Shown piece by piece: positions 19,518 to 28,735 of a stretch of DNA of 64,000 nt (its first letter is position 1; each line of letters begins with the position of its first letter). The notes under the pieces were generated by a model. That model saw only the letters and a program-made list of their open reading frames with translations, was not told the DNA's origin and did no database searches. The stretch spans positions 3,375-67,374 of the forward strand of contig JBJHCY010000005.1 of NCBI GenBank assembly GCA_050486265.1, given 5' to 3'. Origin of the DNA: Phycisphaerales bacterium. Lineage in GTDB: Bacteria > Planctomycetota > Phycisphaerae > Phycisphaerales > UBA1924. A program made the translations under genes and the position numbers.

Positions 19518-19826
19518 TCACGCCTTGATGCGGACGAACACACCGGCGGGAACCACGAGGCGGTTGAGCGCCTCGACCGTCCGCGCGTTGGGCTCGACGA
19601 TGTCGATGATCCTTTTGTGGGTGCGGATCTCGAACTGCTCGCGGCTCTTTTTGTCTACGAACGGGCCCCGCAGCACGGTGTACCGCTCGATCCGGGTCGG
19701 CAGGGGCACCGGCCCCTTGACCTTCGCGTTGGTCCGCTTGGCGTGGTCGACGATTTCTTTCGCCGACGCGTCAAGCGCGACATGGTCATACGCCTCCATC
19801 CGGATCCGGATCTTGCCGCCCGTCAT
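19518..19826 (-). CDS. rpsJ: 30S ribosomal protein S10
   Basis: [44 protein letters not shown]...; start re-set to ATG 19826 with AGGTGAGG upstream. First gene of the cluster. Confidence 0.93.
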   Translation of the reverse strand: MTGGKIRIRMEAYDHVALDASAKEIVDHAKRTNAKVKGPVPLPTRIERYTVLRGPFVDKKSREQFEIRTHKRIIDIVEPNARTVEALNRLVVPAGVFVRIKA

Positions 19827-20170
19827 GTGCCTGTGCCTCACCTATGAGAGCCGACGGGCCGGTGCTTCGGACCCCGTCACTTGTCAAAGCCCCGTCCGCC
19901 GGGTGGGACCGCTCAGACGCTCTCGCGTCCGACGACCGACACCCGTCCAGAAGGGAGAAGTACAACTTCAGCCACGCGACGGTCGGTCGCGAGCCTGATA
20001 GGGTACCCCCAGCACCCGCCGCGTCAACGCGGAGGCGTCAACCAATTCTTCGTTCCGGTCGAGCCCGGACCCCGCGAACCCCGCCCCGCCCGCGAGCGAA
20101 CGGGACCATCGACGCGACGACCGAACCCACAGAGCCCGACCCTCAGCACCCACCGGGAGGCCGGCCGCCC

Positions 20171-21631
20171 ATGACGCTCCAACAAGTCTTGACGATCTGT
20201 TTTGCCGCCATGCTCTCGCTGGCCGCCCACGCCCAGACCCGACCGATCGCCGAGGATGCGCCCGTCGGCGTCCGCCTGTCTGGCGAGGAGCTCCGGATCG
20301 ACGACATCGGGCTGGTGCTCGACCTGCCCGAGGGGATCCGGGCCGACGGGGTCGACGACCCGGCCATCGTCGCCCGCCTCACCCCCGAGCACTCACGCTT
20401 CCTGGTGAACATCAAGACCCCCCGCCTGCGTGGGGGGGGCGCCACCCCCGAGCACTTCATCGACCAGATCGTCGATGACCTGCGCCGGGCGCACGGCGTC
20501 GTGCGCTCCAGGCGCGACCGTGAGGGCCGCCTCGTCGAAGAGGTTGTCGAGACCCGCGTGACCGTTGAAGAGCGTGTCCGCAACCTCCGGGTCGGCGAGC
20601 GCACCGCCTCTCGGGTCTACCTCCGTGCGCCGCACCCCACCACCGACCGCCCGATCCTGATGGGCTACTCGGTCGTGCAAGCGACGCCCGCCCGATTCAT
20701 TGTCTTCGAGCTGATCTCGACCGAACACGCCGAGCGCGAGTCGCGGACGGTGTACGAGACGCTGGTCGCCTCCGCCCGCTACGAGGACTCGATCGACGCG
20801 ATGGCCGAACGCGGTCGGCTGGTGCAGCGCGGGCGCGAGGCGTTCGCGATGCTCCCCCCGAGCGCGTACGAGCGGGTGATCGAGATCAACCGCGACCGGT
20901 GGGAGCGCCTGTACGAGCCCTCCCGCAGCGGCTCGGACAGCGACGCCCGCGAACTGGGCTACCGACGCATCCGCGCGTCGATCGGTCCCCGCGGCGCGAT
21001 CGACTCCTCCAAGACCCCCGACCGCTACACCGAGGTCGAACGCGAGGAGGGCTACCTCGTCCGGATGAACATCCGCCTGCTCCAGCCCGACTCGGGCAAC
21101 CTCATCGTCGATACCGAGGCGATTTTCTGGCTCGCCAAAGACTTCGGCGAGGAAGCGTGGAGCATCCGCATGGCCAACCGCCGGCGCGGCGAGCTGGCGG
21201 GCACCTACACCGAACTCGGCCTGCGCGAGGGAAGGCGGATGCAGATCATCATCGAGGGCATGGGCGAGACCTCGCGGAGCATCCACCCGCTGATCCGGGG
21301 AGAGGGGTACATCAGCCAGGTGCAGACCTGGCTGCTCCCCCAACTCCTCTCCGAGGTCGGCATCGAGTCCGAATACGCCTTCTACGCCTACCGCTCCGCC
21401 GACGAACGCATCCGCCTCCGGCGCGACACGGTCGAGAAGCCCCGCGACCGCCAGGGCGTCACCCGCATCGTCACCCAACTCGTCGAGACCCGCGACGACA
21501 CGCAGGAGACGCTGCTGGACTCCGAAGGCCGCTTCATGCGCACGACGCTCTCGGACGGACGCGTCTGGGAAGACACCACCCTCGACAGGCTCGCCAGGCT
21601 CTGGCGCAGCAAGGGCCTCCCGATGAACTGA
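20171..21631 (+). CDS. Hypothetical secreted protein
   Basis: ORF 19844-21631. Start re-set to MTLQQVLTICFAAMLSLAAHAQT (signal peptide) at 20171. No family recognised. Confidence 0.6.
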   Translation: MTLQQVLTICFAAMLSLAAHAQTRPIAEDAPVGVRLSGEELRIDDIGLVLDLPEGIRADGVDDPAIVARLTPEHSRFLVNIKTPRLRGGGATPEHFIDQIVDDLRRAHGVVRSRRDREGRLVEEVVETRVTVEERVRNLRVGERTASRVYLRAPHPTTDRPILMGYSVVQATPARFIVFELISTEHAERESRTVYETLVASARYEDSIDAMAERGRLVQRGREAFAMLPPSAYERVIEINRDRWERLYEPSRSGSDSDARELGYRRIRASIGPRGAIDSSKTPDRYTEVEREEGYLVRMNIRLLQPDSGNLIVDTEAIFWLAKDFGEEAWSIRMANRRRGELAGTYTELGLREGRRMQIIIEGMGETSRSIHPLIRGEGYISQVQTWLLPQLLSEVGIESEYAFYAYRSADERIRLRRDTVEKPRDRQGVTRIVTQLVETRDDTQETLLDSEGRFMRTTLSDGRVWEDTTLDRLARLWRSKGLPMN

Positions 21632-21673
21632 CCGCGAGGCCTTCAACGCCGCCCACCCCCTACCCTCCCCGCC

Positions 21674-22573
21674 GTGCGCCAGCGAATCCTTCTTGGTCCC
21701 CTGCTGATCCTCGTGCTTGTCGGGCTCTTCTGGCTCGACGAGTTCCTGGCCGAAACGACGGCCCCGGCGTTCCTGCGCCCGCTCCTGTTCGGCCTGACCG
21801 AGTTCCCGCGCGGGTCGGTCCTGTTCCCCGCCGGCGTGCTGCTCGGGCTGATGGCCACGCGCGAGCTGGCGGCCATGCTCCGCGCCAACGGCCTCGGCGT
21901 CTCGACCCGGTTCATGTCGTTCTCGTGCGTGCTCGGGCTCGTCGCCTCGTGCCTCGTGCCGGCGTCGACCGATCCGATCCAGGCCGTAGCGATGGTCGCG
22001 ACGGCCGCCGTCGTCGTCCTTGTCGGCGCGATGCTCGCCCACTCGCGGAACAAGACGGTCGAGGGCGTGCTTGCCGCGGCTTGCGGGGCGCTGCTCGCGT
22101 TTGTCTACCTCGGCCTGATGTTCGGCTTCTTCCTCGCGATCCGGCGCGAGTACAGCGCCTGGACCGTGCTCTGGATCCTGCTGGTCACCAAGTCGTGCGA
22201 CATCGGGGCGTACTTCACCGGCAAGTCGATCGGCCGCCACAAGCTCATCGAATGGCTCAGCCCTGGCAAAACCTGGGAAGGGCTGGCGGGCGGCGTGGTC
22301 TTCGCGGCGATCGTCGGCGCTGTGGGCGCCCTGATCCTCTCGCGAGCCGTCGAGCCCTCGCTGCAGTGGCATCACGGCGTGTTCGCCGGCGTCCTCTTCG
22401 CCCTGACCGGCCAGTTCGGCGACCTGCTCGCGAGCCTCTTCAAACGCGACGCTGGGATCAAAGACGCCAGCAAAACCCTCCCGGGCTACGGCGGCATCCT
22501 CGACCTGATCGACTCCCCCCTGCTCGTCGGCCCCGTCGCGTTCTGGTGGCTCTACTTCACGATCGGGATGTGA
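21674..22573 (+). CDS. cdsA: Phosphatidate cytidylyltransferase
   Basis: Polytopic 299 aa with the CdsA signature region GKSIGRHKLIEWLSPGKTWEGLAGG...FGDLLASLFKRDAGIKDASKTLPGYGGILDLIDS. GTG start. Confidence 0.88.
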   Translation: MRQRILLGPLLILVLVGLFWLDEFLAETTAPAFLRPLLFGLTEFPRGSVLFPAGVLLGLMATRELAAMLRANGLGVSTRFMSFSCVLGLVASCLVPASTDPIQAVAMVATAAVVVLVGAMLAHSRNKTVEGVLAAACGALLAFVYLGLMFGFFLAIRREYSAWTVLWILLVTKSCDIGAYFTGKSIGRHKLIEWLSPGKTWEGLAGGVVFAAIVGAVGALILSRAVEPSLQWHHGVFAGVLFALTGQFGDLLASLFKRDAGIKDASKTLPGYGGILDLIDSPLLVGPVAFWWLYFTIGM

Positions 22574-22600
22574 GCCCGCAGAGAACGAGGGCCCGCCCGC

Positions 22601-23371
22601 TCACGGCGTCTGCGGATCCAGCCCGCCAAAGCGCCGGCTGCGCGACGCGAACGACCGCACCGCCTTGTGCAGCTCCGCCTCGCCGAACTCCGGCCAGTAG
22701 ACATCGGTGACATACAGCTCGGCGTAGCTCAGCTGCCAGAGCAGGAAGTTGCTCAGGCGCATCTCGCCGGCGGTGCGGATCATCAGGTCCGGCTCGGGCA
22801 GGTCCGGTGCGTAGAGGCAGCCGCCGAGCGTGGCTTCGTCGATCTGGTCGGGCGAAAGTTCGCCGGCAGCGACCCGTTCGGCGAGCTTTCTCGCCGCGTC
22901 GACGATCTCGGCGCGGCTGGAGTAATTGATCGCCAGGCAGAGCGTCGGGCCGACGATGTCTTTGGTCGCGTGTTCGACCGCGTCGAGGGCCGCGAGCACG
23001 GCGTCGGGCAGGCCCTCCCGCCGCCCGATTACACGGAAGCGGATCTTCTCGCGGACAAGGGCTTCGAGCTCGCCCTCGCAATAGGTGACGCAGAGGTCCA
23101 TCAGGGCCTGCACTTCGTCGGCGGGACGCTTCCAGTTCTCGGCGCTGAACGAGTAGAGCGTGAGGGCCTCGACGCCGAGGCGTCCGGCCTCCTCGACCAC
23201 CTTGCGGACCGAGAGCGCGCCGCCGCGGTGGCCGAAGATGCGTGGGAAGCCCTGCTCGCGGGCCCATCGCCCGTTGCCGTCCATGATGATGGCGATGTGG
23301 CGCGGGATCGCGCACGGGTGGACATCGGGCAGGCGCGAGAGCGGATCGGCCTTCGGGCAGAGGCGGCGCAT
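22601..23371 (-). CDS. uppS: Undecaprenyl (isoprenyl) diphosphate synthase
   Basis: HIAIIMDGNGRWAREQGFPRIFGHRGG...TLYSFSAENWKRP...RTAGEMRLSNFLLWQLSYAELY. Start placed at MRRLCPK (23371), which gives the usual ~24 aa before the DGNGRW motif. ATG 23503 is an alternative. The track start at 23680 runs through an intergenic hairpin array. Confidence 0.88.
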   Translation of the reverse strand: MRRLCPKADPLSRLPDVHPCAIPRHIAIIMDGNGRWAREQGFPRIFGHRGGALSVRKVVEEAGRLGVEALTLYSFSAENWKRPADEVQALMDLCVTYCEGELEALVREKIRFRVIGRREGLPDAVLAALDAVEHATKDIVGPTLCLAINYSSRAEIVDAARKLAERVAAGELSPDQIDEATLGGCLYAPDLPEPDLMIRTAGEMRLSNFLLWQLSYAELYVTDVYWPEFGEAELHKAVRSFASRSRRFGGLDPQTP

Positions 23372-23549
23372 CTGGGCGACCCGGGCGAGCGCGTCGGGGT
23401 CGCTCGCAAACGGGCTCGCTGGGGGGGCAGCGGCCCCGGACTTCTGGCTGATCTGCGTCAACGGCTCCTCCTCGGCTCGCCCATGGCCTCTATCTCGTTC
23501 CATCGGCGAGCCCGCCCGATCGGCATGGTCTTTTCCCGAACCTCTTGCA

Positions 23550-23680
23550 CCTGTGGCACTGGCGGCTCGCCCGCCAGTGTCTCTGACTCCTGTGGCACTG
23601 GCGGCTTGTCCGCCAGTGTTTTCTGTCACAGACCCGAATCCCTCGGACGGACACTGGCGGTCAAGCCGCCAGTGCCGCAT
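23550..23680. repeat. REP-like array of three identical 9-bp-stem hairpins (CACTGGCGG-N5-CCGCCAGTG)
   Basis: Stems at 23557-23565/23571-23579, 23596-23604/23610-23618 and 23652-23660/23666-23674. The first two lie in a 39-bp direct repeat (CCTGTGGCACTGGCGG...CCGCCAGTGT), and the third has inverted flanks. Lies between the purA stop and the uppS start. Confidence 0.75.
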
Positions 23681-23690
23681 GTCTTCTGCC

Positions 23691-25037
<1,347 letters not shown>

Positions 25038-25468
25038 CCGGATCCTCTGGGGTTTGGGCGTCGCTTTCAGGAAACAGCCCGAAGGCTAGCCGTTCGGGGC
25101 GCGGGTGTCAGACCTCCACAGCCGATAACACCCGCGGCGTGCAGGCTTTGCCGCAGACTCGGTTTGTGACGGGATCGGCGGGTCCGGCCGGCCGCCGCGG
25201 ACTCAGGAGCGTGCGTTCTGGGGCCGATGCCGGATCGTCGCGAAGATCCAGCAGCCCGCGGAGATCGGCATGGCCTCACAGAACAGTGTCCAGTTGATGT
25301 GCCCGAATCTCGGGTGCCGCCGGATCTTGGCGGTGCCTGTCTCCGCCCGTGGGCGTGCGGTCCGCTGCCGGCACTGCCGAACGATGATCCGGGTGCCCGG
25401 CGAGCAGGTGCGACCGGCCGCTTCCAAGGGCGACAAAGGCCGCTGAGGCCCCGACCACACACGACAGT

Positions 25469-26521
25469 TCAGAACAGGCCGCCCTCGTCTTCTGTTTCCT
25501 GACGCTGTTGGACCTTGACACCGACATGCTCTGCCCCGCGTTGGGTCAGCATGCGCCCGCGCCGTGTCCGGGCGAGGAAGCCGATCTGCAGCAGGTAGGG
25601 CTCGAGCACATCTTCGAGGGTTCCGGCGTCCTGGTTCATGGTCGCCGCGACGGTTTCGAGCCCGACCGGCCCGCCCTTATAGACCTCGCCGATCACGCGG
25701 AGGTACGCGCGGTCGAGTTCGTCGAGGCCGAGGGCGTCGACGCCTTCGAGACGGAGCGAGTCTTCAACGATCGCCGGCGAAAGCTCACCGCCGGCGCGCA
25801 CATCGGCGAAGTCTCGCACGCGGCGGAGCAGGCGGTTGGCGATGCGGGGGGTCCCGCGTGAGCGGTCGGCGATGCGTTCCAGGGCCGCGTGCAGCCCTGC
25901 GCCCCCGCCTGCTGACATGCCCAAGAGCCCCGCGCTACGCGTGAGGATCTGGAGCAGCTCGCCCCGGTCGTAGTAGCGCAGGTGGTGCGTCAGCCCGAAG
26001 CGCGAACGCAGCGGCCCGGACAGCAGCCCCGCGCGCGTCGTCGCGGCGATCAGCGTGAACGGCTTGCACTTGATCTGCACCGTCCGGGCGTGCAGCCCGC
26101 TGTCGACGGTCACATCGATCCGGAAGTCCTCCATCGCGGGGTAGATGAACTCCTCGACCGCGATCGGCAGGCGGTGGACCTCGTCGATGAAGAGGACATC
26201 GCCCGCTTCGAGCCTCGTCAGGGCGGCGACGAGATCCGTCCCGCGTGCGAGGGCGGGGCCGCTGGTGACGATGAGCCTGCCGCCCATCTCGTGGGCGATG
26301 ACATGCGCGAGGGTCGTCTTGCCCAGGCCCGGCGGCCCGTGCAGGAGGATGTGCTCGACGGGCTCGTTTCGCCGCTGGCAGGCCTCGATGGCGATGCGGA
26401 GGCGCTCCATGAGCTCGGGCTGGCCGACATACTCCCCGATCGAGGCGGGTCGGAGCGAGAGCAGTTGCCGCTCCTCCTCCTCGCCGACCGCCGCCGCGGA
26501 AATGATGCGCTCCGTCGCCAT
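25469..26521 (-). CDS. ruvB: Holliday junction branch migration ATPase RuvB
   Basis: LRPASIGEYVGQPELMERLRIAIEA...LLHGPPGLGKTTLAHVIAHEMG...LFIDEVHRL...RGTPRIANRLLRRVRD. Start re-set to MATERIIS at 26521; the upstream part of ORF 25469-27535 is antisense to the M16 gene. Confidence 0.95.
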   Translation of the reverse strand: MATERIISAAAVGEEEERQLLSLRPASIGEYVGQPELMERLRIAIEACQRRNEPVEHILLHGPPGLGKTTLAHVIAHEMGGRLIVTSGPALARGTDLVAALTRLEAGDVLFIDEVHRLPIAVEEFIYPAMEDFRIDVTVDSGLHARTVQIKCKPFTLIAATTRAGLLSGPLRSRFGLTHHLRYYDRGELLQILTRSAGLLGMSAGGGAGLHAALERIADRSRGTPRIANRLLRRVRDFADVRAGGELSPAIVEDSLRLEGVDALGLDELDRAYLRVIGEVYKGGPVGLETVAATMNQDAGTLEDVLEPYLLQIGFLARTRRGRMLTQRGAEHVGVKVQQRQETEDEGGLF

Positions 26522-26543
26522 TGGACAGAGGATACGGGGGGAA

Positions 26544-26638
26544 GGGGCGCTGGGCGCAGGGTGCTGGGCGCGGGGGGCGAACTGTCGAGCGACCCACCGG
26601 CCGACAACCCTGCGCCCCGCGCCCGGCTCCCAGCGCCC
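26544..26638. repeat. Composite palindromic intergenic repeat, copy A (arms only)
   Basis: G-run arm GGGGCGCTGGGCGCAGGGTGCTGGGCGCGGGGGG (26544-26577) and complementary C-run arm CCCTGCGCCCCGCGCCCGGCTCCCAGCGCCC (26608-26638). Lies in the divergent ruvB / M16-peptidase intergenic region. Confidence 0.7.
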
Positions 26639-26656
26639 ATCCCCTACCATGCCCCC

Positions 26657-27883
26657 ATGCCAGTCGAGTTCCAGCACCGTGTTCTGCCGTCCGGGATCAC
26701 CGTTGTCGCCGAGACGGATCCGCAGGCCGAATCCGCCGCGGCGGGCTTTTTCGTCAAGACCGGCGGTCGCGACGAGCCCGACGAGATCGAGGGCGTCAGC
26801 CATTTCCTCGAGCACATGATGTTCAAGGGCACCGAGGAGCTCTCGGCCGAGGCCATCAACCGGGGCTTCGACGAGATCGGCGCCCGCAACAACGCCTACA
26901 CCAGCCACGAGATCACCTGCTTCTACGCCCATGTCCTGCCCGAGGCGATGGAGCGGAACATCGAGCTCCTGGCGAAGATGATGCGCCCCGCCCTCCGCCA
27001 GACCGACTTCGACACGGAAAAGCAGGTCATCCTCGAAGAGATCGCGATGTACAAGGACGATCCCTTCTGGGTCGTCTACGAGGAGACGATGCGCCGCCAC
27101 TTCGCCGGCCACCCGATGGGCCACCGCGTGCTCGGCTCGGTCGAGAGCATCACCGCCCTGACGCGCGACCAGATGCTCGGGTACTTCGCCGACCGCTACT
27201 CGGCCGACAACACGGTCGTCTCGCTGGCCGGACGCCTCGACTTCGACGCCGCGTGCGATCAGATCGAGTCGCTGTGCGCCCGGTGGCAGCGGACGAAGCC
27301 CACGCGCGACAACAGCCGCCCGCCCGTCGCCCGCGAGTCGTTCGTACAGCAGTCCGACCGCGTGAACCGCACGCACCTGCTCGCGTTCGCCGACGGGCCG
27401 GCGATGGACGACGACCGGCGCTACGCCGCGGCGTTGCTCGGGCAGATCCTCGGCGGGCCCGACAACAGCCGCCTGCACTGGGCGCTGGTCGAAACGGGGA
27501 TCGCCGAGCAGGCGGTCGCCGGCGCCGACCCCCACGACGGGTGCGGGTCGTACTACTTCTACGCGACGGGCGCGCCCGAGCGCGCCGACGAGATCTGGTC
27601 GACCATGCAGCGCGAGATCGCCGGGCTCAACGACTCGCTCGACGAGGACGACCTCGCCCGCCTCCGCGCCCGCTTCGCCACGACCGTCACCATCGGCGGC
27701 GAGCGCCCGGCCGACCGCATGCAGCGCCTCGGGCGGATGTGGGCCTATCTCGGCGAGTACCTGCCGCTTGAAGAAGAGCTCGAACGGATTAACCGCGTCA
27801 CGCTCGAAGATCTGCGCGCGACGCTCGACGCGTTCCCGCTGGACAGGTGCACCTTGGGGAGGCTCGAACCGGCCGGGGCGTAG
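26657..27883 (+). CDS. M16 (pitrilysin/insulinase) family zinc peptidase
   Basis: MPVEFQHRVLPSGITVVAE...GVSHFLEHMMFKGT (HxxEH inverted zinc motif)...NAYTSHE. Start re-set to ATG 26657. Confidence 0.85.
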   Translation: MPVEFQHRVLPSGITVVAETDPQAESAAAGFFVKTGGRDEPDEIEGVSHFLEHMMFKGTEELSAEAINRGFDEIGARNNAYTSHEITCFYAHVLPEAMERNIELLAKMMRPALRQTDFDTEKQVILEEIAMYKDDPFWVVYEETMRRHFAGHPMGHRVLGSVESITALTRDQMLGYFADRYSADNTVVSLAGRLDFDAACDQIESLCARWQRTKPTRDNSRPPVARESFVQQSDRVNRTHLLAFADGPAMDDDRRYAAALLGQILGGPDNSRLHWALVETGIAEQAVAGADPHDGCGSYYFYATGAPERADEIWSTMQREIAGLNDSLDEDDLARLRARFATTVTIGGERPADRMQRLGRMWAYLGEYLPLEEELERINRVTLEDLRATLDAFPLDRCTLGRLEPAGA

Positions 27884-27946
27884 CGCCGAGGCGATCGAAC
27901 ATTCAGACAGCTGGATGAGTCGCCTGCCGCTGAGATTCTGGGATCT

Positions 27947-28088
27947 GGGGCGCTGGGTGTGGGGCGCGGGGCGCTGTGGCAGGAACCGGCCTTCGGCCGC
28001 GGCTTGTCTTTACCTTCGGGCGCCCTGAACCCAGCCTCGGCCGCAGGCCGAAGCCGCCCCTGCGCCCAGCTCCCAGAGCCCCGCGCCC
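27947..28088. repeat. Composite palindromic intergenic repeat, copy B (full)
   Basis: GGGGCGCTGGGTGTGGGGCGCGGGGCGCTG...CCGGCCTTCGGCCGCGG...GAACCCAGCCTCGGCCGCAGGCCGAAGCCGCCCCTGCGCCCAGC...CCCCGCGCCC. Lies between convergent M16 peptidase and smpB. Confidence 0.8.
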
Positions 28089-28174
28089 GCTCTTCGCATC
28101 CCTGCCGAGGCTTCCGAAACGAGGAAGATGCGGATAGTTCTGCCGGCTCATGCGATCGCCCCCTTCGTATCGCA

Positions 28175-28669
28175 TCAGCGGCCCAGCCGCCCCCTGGCCA
28201 ACGCGCGTTCGATGTCGCGCCTCGCCTCACGCTCGCCGATGGCGCGGCGCTTGTCGGCCTGGCCCCGCCCCACGCCGACGCCGATCTTGAGCTTAATGCG
28301 TCCGTCGGCGTTGAAGAACATCTTCAGCGGGACGATGGTCGCGCCCTTCTGCTCGACGGCGCGCGCGAACTTCTCGATCTCGCGGTTGTGCGCCAAGAGG
28401 ATCCGGTCGTGCACCGGCGTGTGGTTCGCCGGGCCGGCGGGCTGGTACTCGGCGATGTTCACCCCGACCAGGACCAGCCTCGGGGCGCGCATGTTCACAC
28501 GCACATACCCCTCTTGCAGCGAGACCTTCCCGTCGCGGACGCTCTTGACCTCCGAGCCGGTCAGCACGATGCCGACCTCGAGCGTCTCGCCGATCTCGTA
28601 GTCGTAGCGTGCGCGACGGTTCTCGATCGTCGGCGTGCCGCTGCCCTGCTTTTTCTTCTTCCTGGCCAT
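28175..28669 (-). CDS. smpB: SsrA-binding protein SmpB
   Basis: MARKKKKQGSGTPTIENRRARYDYEIGETLEVGIVLTGSEVKSVRDGKVSLQEGYV...LLAHNREIEKF...KRRAIGEREARRDIERA. Start re-set to 28669; the track extension MEAAFGRGLL is encoded by repeat copy C. Confidence 0.92.
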   Translation of the reverse strand: MARKKKKQGSGTPTIENRRARYDYEIGETLEVGIVLTGSEVKSVRDGKVSLQEGYVRVNMRAPRLVLVGVNIAEYQPAGPANHTPVHDRILLAHNREIEKFARAVEQKGATIVPLKMFFNADGRIKLKIGVGVGRGQADKRRAIGEREARRDIERALARGRLGR

Positions 28670-28696
28670 GGTGAGAGCCGTGAGTCTAGGGAGCAA

Positions 28697-28735
28697 GCCG
28701 CGGCCGAAGGCCGCTTCCACCCCCGCGCCCCGCCC
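28697..28735. repeat. Composite repeat, copy C (partial, inverted orientation)
   Basis: GCCGCGGCCGAAGGCCGCTTCCACCCCCGCGCCCCGCCC is the reverse complement of the G-arm plus the first triloop hairpin of copies B/D/E. Fills the gap between the kinase stop (28736) and the smpB start. Confidence 0.55.

Noticed and set aside
19842-20170. Sigma70-type promoter for the S10 operon (a TTGACA hexamer on the minus strand at plus-strand coordinates 19882-19887).
   Set aside because: There is no acceptable -10 hexamer at 16-19 nt spacing, so a promoter call is not supported from sequence alone.
23372-23680. Upstream 100-aa extension of uppS, including the repeated peptide GGQAASATG / GGRAASATG.
   Set aside because: The repeated peptide is the translation of the palindromic hairpin array. 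UppS homologs normally have only ~20-25 residues before the DGNGRW motif. ATG 23503 remains a possible alternative start.
23550-23680. Mini-CRISPR array, considered because of regularly spaced palindromic repeats.
   Set aside because: There are only three units, one of them inverted. The spacers are 30 and 47 nt of related sequence, the repeats are much shorter than CRISPR repeats, and there are no cas genes in the window.
25038-25468. 430-bp purA-ruvB gap containing the 85-aa minus ORF 25203-25460, whose C-terminal part (HPRFGHINWTLFCEAMPISAGCWIFATIRH) looks vaguely membrane-protein-like, with a lower-GC patch.
   Set aside because: The N-terminal two-thirds is Arg/Pro-rich junk with no SD or credible start near the hydrophobic part, and no family is recognised. 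It may be a gene remnant but cannot be supported.
27884-28174. ssrA expected next to smpB.
   Set aside because: The gap is only 290 nt and is largely occupied by repeat copy B, which also occurs at unrelated loci. No tRNA-like terminus is present.
28670-28720. N-terminal extensions beginning MEAAFGR on smpB (28670-28720) and miaB (30484-30642), as given in the ORF track.
   Set aside because: The shared peptide is encoded by the intergenic repeat (GGAAGCGGCCTTCGGCCGC...). Canonical SmpB and MiaB N-termini begin at the downstream ATGs (28669 and 30643).
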